Source: Bacilli bacterium
GTDB taxonomy: Bacteria > Bacillota_I > Bacilli_A > RFN20 > CAG-826
Assembly (NCBI GenBank): GCA_045628045.1
Contig: JAZQOV010000006.1
Location: forward strand, 64,001-128,000
Reading direction: 5' to 3'
DNA: 64,000 bases
Shown in pieces: positions 1 through 8,638 of the stretch. A program made the position numbers and the translations under genes. The notes beneath the pieces were generated by a model, which did not search any database, was not told the origin of the DNA, and was given only the letters and a program-made list of their open reading frames with translations. Each line of letters opens with the position of its first letter. Position 1 is the first letter of the stretch.

Positions 1-394
1 AACTGTCTCCGCATAAACAAGCTGTTAATACAATCCAGAACCAAGAAAGCGTTTTGTTTACTGCTAGGTTAACAATAAAGCAAATAAGCACTGCTAAGGC
101 CATCAAACCTGAAACAATCAGAAAACCTAAAAGATTCCCGTTTTCAATCTTGTTTAATTTCCTTTTTGCGTTCCTATAATCTTGATCTTCGCACGCGGCG
201 AAAAGTTCATGTTCTGAAATTCCTAATGTTTCGCATAACTTTGTTATTATTGAATTATCGGGAAAAGTTTTGCCTCTTTCCCATTTTGAAACTGTAGTAA
301 CATCAACAAATAAAATATCAGCAAGTTCTTGTTGAGTTATCTTTTTGTTTATTCTTTTTTGACGAATAAACGAACCAACTTTTTCATAGTCCAT
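1..394 (-). CDS. XRE-family HTH transcriptional regulator with C-terminal transmembrane helices (runs off window edge)
   Basis: Own translation from ATG at 394 (SD GGAGGT at 401-406): MDYEKVGSFIRQKRINKKITQQELADILFVDVTTVSKWERGKTFPD... followed by hydrophobic segments; not in the ORF track because it is truncated. Confidence 0.85.
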   Translation of the reverse strand, partial: MDYEKVGSFIRQKRINKKITQQELADILFVDVTTVSKWERGKTFPDNSIITKLCETLGISEHELFAACEDQDYRNAKRKLNKIENGNLLGFLIVSGLMALAVLICFIVNLAVNKTLSWFWIVLTACLCGDS

Positions 395-453
395 ACTAGA
401 ACCTCCTAACATAAATATAATAAATGCAATAAATTATGGTTATGGCGTGTAAT

Positions 454-469
454 TCAACATACTTGTTGA
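454..469. promoter_or_regulatory. Inverted repeat TCAACA-N4-TGTTGA, probable operator upstream of the XRE gene
   Basis: Perfect 6-bp arms about 60 bp upstream of the XRE start; role is inferred. Confidence 0.45.
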
Positions 470-472
470 TAA

Positions 473-1468
473 TTATATTTTCTTATATCTTTGAATCTTG
501 CTTGTAGGTTTGTCTGGAAATTCCATTTCAATTAATCCGAGTTTAATAGCAGGATCTAAATAATTCTTTCTAAAGTTTGCTCTATCAGAAAGTTTTAGTA
601 ACCGTTGAATTTCCTTACTTGTGTACCATTTATTTTGAATAAGAGTTTTCAATAATTTGTTCAAATAAACATTGGTATTATTAATTGTTAAAGATGTTTC
701 TGAAATTAATTCTGTAATTGATAAATCAATCATTTTTAGCATAAATGCTATAAAAACTGTAGAATCACCATTTTTATTAGATTGAGCAATTGCTTCATAA
801 TATTCAGCCTGATATTTCTTAATTAATGATTCAATTGGAATAAATTCAAATATAGGTTTCCACTTACTTAATATTAAATTCTGCCACAATCTAGCCATTC
901 TTCCGTTTCCATCTCCAAACGGATGAATAAAAACAAATTCATAATGAAAAACTGAAGACAAAATTAAAGTATTTATAACATTGAAATTTTCTTTAGTCCA
1001 AAGAAACAAATTAGACATTAATTCTGGAACCATTTTTCCTGGAGGTGCAATAAAAATTACATTTCCGCTTCCATCAACTATGCCTTCACCACCTGTTCTA
1101 TATTTTCCAGGATTTTTTACAACATCTTTTGTCATCACCAAATGAACAGATTTTAAATCAACTTCAGAAAATGGATTTTTATCAAATGCTACATCATAAG
1201 CTTTAATAGCATTTTTGATTTCTAAAATGTCTTTGCTAGGTCCAACTACTTTATGACCATTTATTACATCCTCTACTTGGCCTAAGGATAATGAATTCGC
1301 TTCAATTGCACAGCTAGACTGGATTGATTTAATTCTATTTTGCTTTCTTAGCATCGGAAACTTTGAAAGATTACTAAAAGAAGAAATACTTCCCATCTTT
1401 TCCATAATAGAAGAAACATATTCTAGTATTTCATTTGTCAAAACAAATGGCGGTGCATATTTTTCCAT
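473..1468 (-). CDS. Fic family protein with C-terminal winged-HTH domain
   Basis: Fic motif HPFGDGNGRMAR; C-terminal SDRANFRKNYLDPAIKLGLIEM...KPTSKIQRY HTH-type tail. Confidence 0.92.
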   Translation of the reverse strand: MEKYAPPFVLTNEILEYVSSIMEKMGSISSFSNLSKFPMLRKQNRIKSIQSSCAIEANSLSLGQVEDVINGHKVVGPSKDILEIKNAIKAYDVAFDKNPFSEVDLKSVHLVMTKDVVKNPGKYRTGGEGIVDGSGNVIFIAPPGKMVPELMSNLFLWTKENFNVINTLILSSVFHYEFVFIHPFGDGNGRMARLWQNLILSKWKPIFEFIPIESLIKKYQAEYYEAIAQSNKNGDSTVFIAFMLKMIDLSITELISETSLTINNTNVYLNKLLKTLIQNKWYTSKEIQRLLKLSDRANFRKNYLDPAIKLGLIEMEFPDKPTSKIQRYKKI

Positions 1469-1474
1469 AAGAAC

Positions 1475-1502
1475 ATTATACCATTATTTCTTCATATTGC
1501 AA
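1475..1502 (-). promoter_or_regulatory. Sigma-A promoter of fic (leaderless)
   Basis: TTGCAA (1502-1497), 16 bp, TG-G-TATAAT (-10 at 1480-1475), ATG 6 nt downstream, no SD. Confidence 0.7.
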
Positions 1503-1505
1503 CAT

Positions 1506-1540
1506 TATCTTGTAGGGTATCTTGTAGGGTATCTTGTAGG
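1506..1540. repeat. 12-bp tandem repeat TATCTTGTAGGG, about 3 copies
   Basis: Read directly: TATCTTGTAGGG TATCTTGTAGGG TATCTTGTAGG. Confidence 0.95.
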
Positions 1541-1574
1541 AAATAAAAAAATAGTTAATACTAAGTATTAACTA
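1541..1574 (-). terminator. Intrinsic terminator
   Basis: Hairpin TAGTTAATAC-3nt-GTATTAACTA (1552-1574) followed by a T-tract on the minus strand. Confidence 0.8.
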
Positions 1575-1670
1575 CTAATCTAACTAAGTGTGTTTGCGCA
1601 ACGAAGTTGATATGCGCTGCATGTCAGTGAAAGGAAGTTGATATATGATTTTCGTGTTTTCTGACACTAA
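1545..1670 (-). ncRNA. Candidate structured small RNA or long structured 3' UTR
   Basis: Stems TGTCAG/CTGACA and GCGCA/TGCGC each enclose ATATCAACTTC; upstream -10-like elements; terminator at the 3' end. Confidence 0.45.
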
Positions 1671-1705
1671 AATAATACAATTATAACTTATTATTTTAAA
1701 AAAGT

Positions 1706-2488
1706 TTAAACTTTTTTAATTATTTTGTTGCGAATAATCTTGTAGACATAGAATGCAACTATTAACACGACAAATATTAAAATTACAACTACACTATAAA
1801 GAGGTTTTATTCCACCAACCATATTCCAAAATATGCTATAAGGCGTTCCATCATGTCTTTCTAAGAACATGTAGTTTGTGGTTTGAGAGAACATGTTTGT
1901 AATGTGTGCTAGTAAAGCAATAATAAATAACATAACTAAGGTTTTCCATATATTTTTTAGCTTTAGTTTTGCCATACCAGTAATGCCTATAAATAACGAA
2001 GCAAAACAAGAAATGCAATGCGTTATAGCACTTACGACATTATCGAAAGCTAGAACCGGATAGACAGAATAGTTTTGCGCTGCCCCAATTGTGCCTAAAA
2101 CACCAGCGATAAAGCCAAATATAAGGATGAAATCTAATGATGCTTCTTTAATCCTACCTTTGGTAAAAGCTGCTAAAGGTAAGGCTATAAGCATCATTGA
2201 ACATAAATATAGAGGCAATACATTTAATAATGTATGAGGTACATCATCGCTACGTAAACAGAAAATAATTATTTTAAAAATCTCAAAAGAATCGATAGCA
2301 ATTGCAGATATAATTATTACTCTATTTTGAATCTTTTCATTCTTTTTATATTTAATTCCAAGGAATATTCCTAAAAAGAGGGCAATAGACACCATGATTG
2401 ATGTAAACAAAATATGCTGCCAACTCCAAGCACCTTCTGCTTCCTTCCAGAAACCACCAAAGCCAAAGAAATCACCAAATATTTTCAT
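1706..2488 (-). CDS. YwaF/TMEM164-like integral membrane protein
   Basis: Multiple TM helices; motifs LPLYLCS, conserved His, NYMFL. Confidence 0.75.
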   Translation of the reverse strand: MKIFGDFFGFGGFWKEAEGAWSWQHILFTSIMVSIALFLGIFLGIKYKKNEKIQNRVIIISAIAIDSFEIFKIIIFCLRSDDVPHTLLNVLPLYLCSMMLIALPLAAFTKGRIKEASLDFILIFGFIAGVLGTIGAAQNYSVYPVLAFDNVVSAITHCISCFASLFIGITGMAKLKLKNIWKTLVMLFIIALLAHITNMFSQTTNYMFLERHDGTPYSIFWNMVGGIKPLYSVVVILIFVVLIVAFYVYKIIRNKIIKKV

Positions 2489-2514
2489 AATTGAATATTA
2501 TAGACTCAATTAAG

Positions 2515-2549
2515 AAAAAAAGAAAAACAGGATTATTGATAACCCTGTT
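2515..2549 (-). terminator. Terminator downstream of tRNA-Arg
   Basis: AACAGG...CCTGTT hairpin plus T-tract on the minus strand. Confidence 0.65.
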
Positions 2550-2559
2550 ATATTTGTGA

Positions 2560-2636
<77 letters not shown>

Positions 2637-2726
2637 AGCGCTTAATAATATAGAGCAAAAGCCTCTTATTTTCAACCTTATTTAATTAAATCTTTCAAAG
2701 AACAATCCCATTTTATTTTGTAAAAA

Positions 2727-2793
2727 GTACTTTTTTATATTTATTTCGTACTAATCTTAAATTATAATGTACCAGAGGTAAAAATATGCGTAC
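2727..2793. promoter_or_regulatory. TA promoter/operator: four GTAC cores at 21-bp spacing
   Basis: GTAC at 2727, 2748, 2769, 2790; -10 TATAAT at 2763-2768; SD GAGGT. Confidence 0.6.
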
Positions 2794-3013
2794 AATTTCA
2801 ATTACAGAACTTAAGCAAAATCTACATAAATATGTAGCTATTTCAGCAGACGAACAAGTTATTGTTACTTCTCATGGTCAAATTGTGACTATGTTAAGTA
2901 ACCCAAAAGGCGATAAATTCGATAATTTTTTGGCTTTAGAAGGGTGTTTAAAAGGAAAAATTCCTAATGATGACTGGGAAAAAGTGCTCGATGAAAGGGA
3001 AATGAATAGATGA
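2786..3013 (+). CDS. Phd/YefM family antitoxin
   Basis: MRTISITELKQNL...VIVTSHG N-terminal Phd signature; ATGA overlap with the PIN gene. Confidence 0.85.
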   Translation: MRTISITELKQNLHKYVAISADEQVIVTSHGQIVTMLSNPKGDKFDNFLALEGCLKGKIPNDDWEKVLDEREMNR

Positions 3014-3435
3014 AAATTTTAGTCGACACAAATGTAATATTAGACGTTCTATTTCAAAGAGAAGGACAAGTTGAATTTTCTAGGAATTTTATTAAACTAT
3101 GCAAGTCAAAAAGACACCAAATTTATATGACCTCAATGCAAATTCGAGATATCGAATACATAGCGCATAAATATTTTCATAATAAAAAAGACGCACAAAA
3201 TCTAATTAACACAACTTACTCTTTAATAACAAAATTACTTCCTTTATCAGCCGATTCAGCTATTAATGGTATTTTTTCAAATTATACTGACTTTGAAGAT
3301 CAATTATTAATAAATGCAGCAGAAGAATCTATGTTAGATTGTATCGTTACAGACAATATAAAAGATTTCATTAAAAATGAAGGTTCTATTGCATTATTTA
3401 CACCAAAAACCTTTATTGAATCTTGTTCAAATTAA
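3010..3435 (+). CDS. PIN-domain (VapC-like) toxin
   Basis: ILVDTNVILD, DFED, IVTDNIKDF acidic PIN motifs. Confidence 0.88.
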   Translation: MKILVDTNVILDVLFQREGQVEFSRNFIKLCKSKRHQIYMTSMQIRDIEYIAHKYFHNKKDAQNLINTTYSLITKLLPLSADSAINGIFSNYTDFEDQLLINAAEESMLDCIVTDNIKDFIKNEGSIALFTPKTFIESCSN

Positions 3436-5183
3436 TTTAGTTTTTTCAAAATTCTTTCTGCTACTTCTTTAGGTATATATTGAGACAGTTCTTCTGCTGT
3501 CGCTTTTTTTAACATATCAATATCAGTATAATGATCTAAAATTAATTGTTTTCTTTTTAAACCTAGACCCTCAATATCATCTAAGATTGATTTAGTGAAA
3601 TTCTTACTACGTTTTTGATGATGGAAAGTAATTGCAAAACGATGAACTTCATCTTGCATTCTTACAAGTAAGAAAAATAAAGATTTATTGTCATCAAGAG
3701 AAATAACGTTGCCATCTTTATCCATCAACCCTTTTGTTTGGTGTTTATCGTTTTTAAATAATCCAAAAACAGGTATTTTTAATCCTAGTTCTTCAATGAC
3801 TTCGTTTCCAGCGTGAATTTGACCAAGACCACCATCAGTTAATATTAAATCAGGCATTTCTGATTTTTCTTCAATAAGTCTCATGTATCTTCTCTTCATT
3901 ACTTCTTTCATTGAAGCATAATCATCACGTTTTTCTTTACCTTCAATGTTGAATTTGCGATACATCTTTTTAACAGGTTCACCATTAATGAACACAACCA
4001 TTGCTCCAACGGGTGCATCACCTTGAATATGAGAATTATCAAATAGCTCAATTCTGTAAGGAGTCTTTATACTTAGTTTTTCGCCTAATTCATCAAGGAG
4101 TTTTGAAGCATCATCAGTGAGTCTTGCGCTCATAAAATGTGAGTCTAAAGATTGCACTGCGTTTAGGTTTGCCATCTCGATTTGTTCGATAAGTTTACCT
4201 TTGGTAACTGATACAAATTTGGCATCAATTATATCTTTTAGAATTTCAGAAACTCCATCAATATTCATAACAATTTCTTTTGGAACTGAATGCGTTTCGT
4301 AGTACTGAAAAATAAGGTCAGAAATTTGTTCAATATTATCTCCGAATTCTTCCACAATATAAGACTCTTTTCCGAGAAGTAAACCGCGTCTATAAGTTAA
4401 AATTGCAAGAGATAAATAACCGTCTCTAGTTGTGTATGCAAAGACATCACGATTAACGTGGTCACCACTTTCAACACCTTGTTTAGATAAAACATGTTCA
4501 ATGGCATCTAAAGTTTTTTTAAGATCGTTAGCTTTTTCAAACTCCATATTTTGGCTTGCTAAAAGCATTTTTTCTTTAATATCTTTTGCGATGTCTGGAT
4601 TATTTCCCTCAAGGAAAGATTTAATTTGATTAAATAATTTGTCGTTTTCTTCTTGAGAAATCTTGTTAACGCAAGGTCCAAGGCACATTCCCATATGGTA
4701 ATAAAGACATGTTTCGTGTGGAATGTTATGGCATTTTCTTGTTGGGAATAATTTATTTAGCAAATCAATCACTTCGTAAGCATAACCAGAAGTTGGAAAT
4801 GGCCCAAAATAATAGTAATTCTTATCTGAATCATTTCTTGCTATTTTTAAGATTGGATCATTCTTCTTTTTAAGTGCAATATAAGGATAATGTTTTGAAT
4901 CTTTTAAAAGGATATTATAGCGAGGATAATACTTATGTATTAAGTTCATCTCTAAAATAAAGGATTCTTTCTCAGATTTTACAACAATGGTTTCAAAATG
5001 ATCAACATGTGAAACCATGGCTGCTACTTTCCCAACTTGCGGTCTTAAAAAATATTGTGAAACACGGTTATATAAATTTTTAGCTTTTCCAACATAAATA
5101 ACTTTGTCGTCCTTATCTTTCATTAAATAACAGCCAGGACGTCTTGGAAGTAATGGAATTGCTATTTTAACTTTATCCGTCAT
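3432..5183 (-). CDS. uvrC: Excinuclease ABC subunit C
   Basis: GIY-YIG (PGCY...YVGKAKNL), Cys cluster, FDNSH, DGG, RMQDEVHRFA, HhH. Confidence 0.97.
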   Translation of the reverse strand: MTDKVKIAIPLLPRRPGCYLMKDKDDKVIYVGKAKNLYNRVSQYFLRPQVGKVAAMVSHVDHFETIVVKSEKESFILEMNLIHKYYPRYNILLKDSKHYPYIALKKKNDPILKIARNDSDKNYYYFGPFPTSGYAYEVIDLLNKLFPTRKCHNIPHETCLYYHMGMCLGPCVNKISQEENDKLFNQIKSFLEGNNPDIAKDIKEKMLLASQNMEFEKANDLKKTLDAIEHVLSKQGVESGDHVNRDVFAYTTRDGYLSLAILTYRRGLLLGKESYIVEEFGDNIEQISDLIFQYYETHSVPKEIVMNIDGVSEILKDIIDAKFVSVTKGKLIEQIEMANLNAVQSLDSHFMSARLTDDASKLLDELGEKLSIKTPYRIELFDNSHIQGDAPVGAMVVFINGEPVKKMYRKFNIEGKEKRDDYASMKEVMKRRYMRLIEEKSEMPDLILTDGGLGQIHAGNEVIEELGLKIPVFGLFKNDKHQTKGLMDKDGNVISLDDNKSLFFLLVRMQDEVHRFAITFHHQKRSKNFTKSILDDIEGLGLKRKQLILDHYTDIDMLKKATAEELSQYIPKEVAERILKKLN

Positions 5184-7492
5184 TTTAAATTTACCACCGT
5201 CGCTCCAGTTGAGCCCTCAAATGATTCGCCATAACGATAAGAATCAACAAAACTACAGCTGTCTAAATAATCGTGAACTGCATCACGTAAAGCACCTGTT
5301 CCCATGCCATGAATTATGCGAACTTGTTTGAAGTGTTTGACAAGACAATCATCGAGATATTTTTTAACTTCCTCCATTGCCTCATCAACATGCTTTCCAA
5401 TTATGTTAAGTTCAAGTTTTATATTGGTTTTTGAAAATACAATATCATCGGGATTTCTGGCACTTTTTCTGGATTTCTCCGGTAAAACCGCCACTTTTTT
5501 TACTTTGTTAAGAGTTGATTTTACAGTCATTCCATCAATTGAAATAAGTTCAATTTTTCCTTTATTAATTTTGGTTATTTTGCCAACCAATTCAAGGCCT
5601 GCAACTTCAACGTAATCTCCCAATTTTATTTCTTCATCTTCCTCAAAATCTTCACCATTTTCTTCAAGCTTTTTAAGTTTAGTTTTTGCCTCAATTAATT
5701 CATGAGCTTTTGCGTTTGGATTGTTCAAAACTTTTAAGATGTCATTGATTTGTTTTTTGGCATCTTCGATCATCTTTGCCTTAGTAATTTCTACATCAGT
5801 AAGTAAGTTTTCTTTCTTACTAGATAAAACCTTATTTTGATAATTTATATCTTTAGTTTTGCTTTCAAGAATTCGTTTATCTTCTTTAAGTTTTTTATTA
5901 ATCTCTTCATTTTCATGAAGAACATTATTTAATTTATCAATAACATCACTTATTGATTTATCTCCAGTTTTTTGGAGATTCTTTCTTGCAAGATCCACCA
6001 CTTCTTTATCAAGATGATATCTATTTGCCATCTCAAGCCCATAAGATCTACCCGGATAGCCAATTTTTAATAAATAAGTTGGCAAGAGTTTCTTCTCATC
6101 AAAGACCATCATGGCGTTTTTAACGCCTTCTCTTCGATAAGCGTATTCTTTCATTTTCTCAAAATGTGACGAAATAAATGCGAAGCATTTCTTCTTTAGT
6201 AAGAAATCGCTAACCGCTAAAGCTAAAGCTTCTCCTTCGTTAGGAGAGGTGCCTGTACCAAGCTCATCAAGCAAAACTAAATCTTTATTTGTCACAAAGT
6301 GAGTTATTGTAGAAAGATTGCTTACGTGTGCAGCAAACGTTGAAAGATTATCTGAAAGTGATTGGTTATCACCAATATCAGCGTAAATTCTCGGGAAATA
6401 TGAAATAACTCCTCTTTCCCTTGTTGGAATAGGAAGTCCCATTTGAGACATCATAATCATTAAACCGAGCGTTTTTAGCGCAACTGTTTTACCGCCAGCA
6501 TTTGGTCCTGAAATAACAATCATTCTTTGATTTTCGTCAAAGTTAAAATCATTTGCGATAACTTTGTTTTCTTCAATTAATGGATGTTTTGCGCCTTTGA
6601 GGTTGATAACTCTTTCCTTAACAAATAAGGCTGAGTAACAATTATGTTTATTCCCATATTCAGCCTTAGCTGAAATGAAATCTAATTTACCAAGAATTTT
6701 ATTATTTGATGAAATTTGCGATGATGATTTTGCTACTTCTTCAGTTAACATTTTAAGAAGTTTGTAAATTTCCTCTTTTTCTTCAATTCGTAAAACACAA
6801 ATTTCATTTGATAACTGCACCAATGCATCTGGTTCAATAAAAGTTGTTTGGCCCGAATCAGAAATATCATGAATTACTCCAGGAACTTTGTTTTTGTTTG
6901 CAGTTTCAACTGGCAAAACATAATGATCATTTCTTATTGTAAGCGTGTCTTCTGTCAAAACATCATGATATTTACGAATTAAGGCAGAAACAATAGCTCT
7001 TACGCTTCCTTCTTTTTTATGTATCTCATTTCTAATTGATTTTAATTTACTAGAAGCATCATCCTTAATAGATAAATTAGGTGCGACAACATTGTGAATC
7101 TTTGATTCAAGTTCACTAATATCAAAAAGTTTACCAGCTAATTGAAGGAGCTCAAAATAAACACTTTTGTCACCTCTTTTAAAATAATTGCTTACTTTTG
7201 CAGCGGTTAAAATATCACTCGCTATATGGTCTAAATCAAGAGGAGTTAAGACTCCACCCTTTAAAGCAATTTCAATAAATTTTTCGAGTTCAAAAGATGA
7301 AGTCACAGGAAGAGAACCGTACTTTAAGATGAAATCAGACATTTGTTCAACTAGTTTTAATTCACTAGAGGCTTCATCTTCAGAAAGCATTCTCAAATCT
7401 TTGAGGGTTTTCTTGCCAATTTCCGTATTTGAAAAAAGAGATACTTCTTCTAATACTTTTTGAATTTCAAGCGTTTGATATATATCGAGCAT
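5180..7492 (-). CDS. mutS2: Endonuclease MutS2 (start revised to ATG 7492)
   Basis: Walker A GPNAGGKT, LLDELGTGT, C-terminal Smr IIHGMGTGALR. Confidence 0.95.
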   Translation of the reverse strand: MLDIYQTLEIQKVLEEVSLFSNTEIGKKTLKDLRMLSEDEASSELKLVEQMSDFILKYGSLPVTSSFELEKFIEIALKGGVLTPLDLDHIASDILTAAKVSNYFKRGDKSVYFELLQLAGKLFDISELESKIHNVVAPNLSIKDDASSKLKSIRNEIHKKEGSVRAIVSALIRKYHDVLTEDTLTIRNDHYVLPVETANKNKVPGVIHDISDSGQTTFIEPDALVQLSNEICVLRIEEKEEIYKLLKMLTEEVAKSSSQISSNNKILGKLDFISAKAEYGNKHNCYSALFVKERVINLKGAKHPLIEENKVIANDFNFDENQRMIVISGPNAGGKTVALKTLGLMIMMSQMGLPIPTRERGVISYFPRIYADIGDNQSLSDNLSTFAAHVSNLSTITHFVTNKDLVLLDELGTGTSPNEGEALALAVSDFLLKKKCFAFISSHFEKMKEYAYRREGVKNAMMVFDEKKLLPTYLLKIGYPGRSYGLEMANRYHLDKEVVDLARKNLQKTGDKSISDVIDKLNNVLHENEEINKKLKEDKRILESKTKDINYQNKVLSSKKENLLTDVEITKAKMIEDAKKQINDILKVLNNPNAKAHELIEAKTKLKKLEENGEDFEEDEEIKLGDYVEVAGLELVGKITKINKGKIELISIDGMTVKSTLNKVKKVAVLPEKSRKSARNPDDIVFSKTNIKLELNIIGKHVDEAMEEVKKYLDDCLVKHFKQVRIIHGMGTGALRDAVHDYLDSCSFVDSYRYGESFEGSTGATVVNLK

Positions 7493-7714
7493 ATCATAAA
7501 TGATACCACATTTATATTCGACAAGTAGAGACAAAAAGATGCGAATTTAAAAAGTGCAAAAAAGTGATTTACTTTGTAAATCAAAAAAATAAATTAACAC
7601 ATTTGCCTAAAAAACACCTATCTAGTATTAGGAGGACACATTTAAACAAAAGGATTATTAAAAAATTTTAATTTTTTAATTTATTATTCCTAAATGATGT
7701 GGTAAAATAAAACT

Positions 7715-8638
7715 ATGATTCAAAGAGTTACAATCGAAATTGATTCGTCTTCAAAGAATGAACTTGTAAAATATTACAAATCTATTCAAAAAGACAACAA
7801 AGGTGAATACATTTTATTTTTTGGACGTGATAACAAACTTACAGTTACTGTTTACACCTCTAAGAAATCTGATACATTCAAAGTTGTTTTCTTAGGCGAA
7901 AATGCCTTAATTGAGGCAAGGCATTGGGACAAAAATGCTGAGCTCAACGAACCGAAAGAAAAAACTGCTCCAAAGAAAGCCTGTTGGGAAGTTCTCACAA
8001 ACCAAATTGGTTCTGATGAAGTTGGAACAGGCGACTTTTTCGGACCTATTTGTGTATGCGCAGCTTACGTTAAAGAAAAAGATATTAAAAGATTACGTGA
8101 ATTAGGTGTTGATGATTCAAAACGTTTAACCGATGTTCAAATTAGGAAACTAGGCAAAATCTTAATCAAGGAGTTTGAATATTCACAACTTTCATTAAAT
8201 AATGAAAAATATAATGAACTTGTTGATAAAAATATGAACATGAATGAGATGAAAGCAAAAATGCATAACCGTGTTTTGCTTAATCTTCACAAGAAACATT
8301 GCGCAGTTAAAAACATCTTAATTGATGAATTCCTTGCAGAAAAAAGCTACTACAAATACCTTAAAGATGAATCAGAAATTGTTCGTGGTATTGAATTCAA
8401 AACAAAAGGCGAATCTTATTTCCCATCCGTTGCTGTCGGCAGCATAATTGCAAGATATTCATTTATCCAACACATGGATTTATTATCAAAGAAATACGGA
8501 ATGGAAATTCCTTATGGTGCTTCTAAAAAAGTAACCGAATTTGCAAAGCAGTTCGTCGAAAAATTTGGAATTAAAGAACTTGAGAAAATCTCAAAGAAAA
8601 ACTTCGTCAATTTTTCAGATTTAACGAAGTTGTTCTAA
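7715..8638 (+). CDS. rnhC: Ribonuclease HIII
   Basis: N-terminal TBP-like extension, IGSDEVGTGDFFGP, DDSK; adjacent to mutS2 as in Firmicutes. Confidence 0.93.
   Translation: MIQRVTIEIDSSSKNELVKYYKSIQKDNKGEYILFFGRDNKLTVTVYTSKKSDTFKVVFLGENALIEARHWDKNAELNEPKEKTAPKKACWEVLTNQIGSDEVGTGDFFGPICVCAAYVKEKDIKRLRELGVDDSKRLTDVQIRKLGKILIKEFEYSQLSLNNEKYNELVDKNMNMNEMKAKMHNRVLLNLHKKHCAVKNILIDEFLAEKSYYKYLKDESEIVRGIEFKTKGESYFPSVAVGSIIARYSFIQHMDLLSKKYGMEIPYGASKKVTEFAKQFVEKFGIKELEKISKKNFVNFSDLTKLF

Noticed and set aside
1506-1644. Short repeats as a mini CRISPR array
   Set aside because: The 12-bp units have no spacers, the 11-bp duplicate is too short, and there are no cas genes
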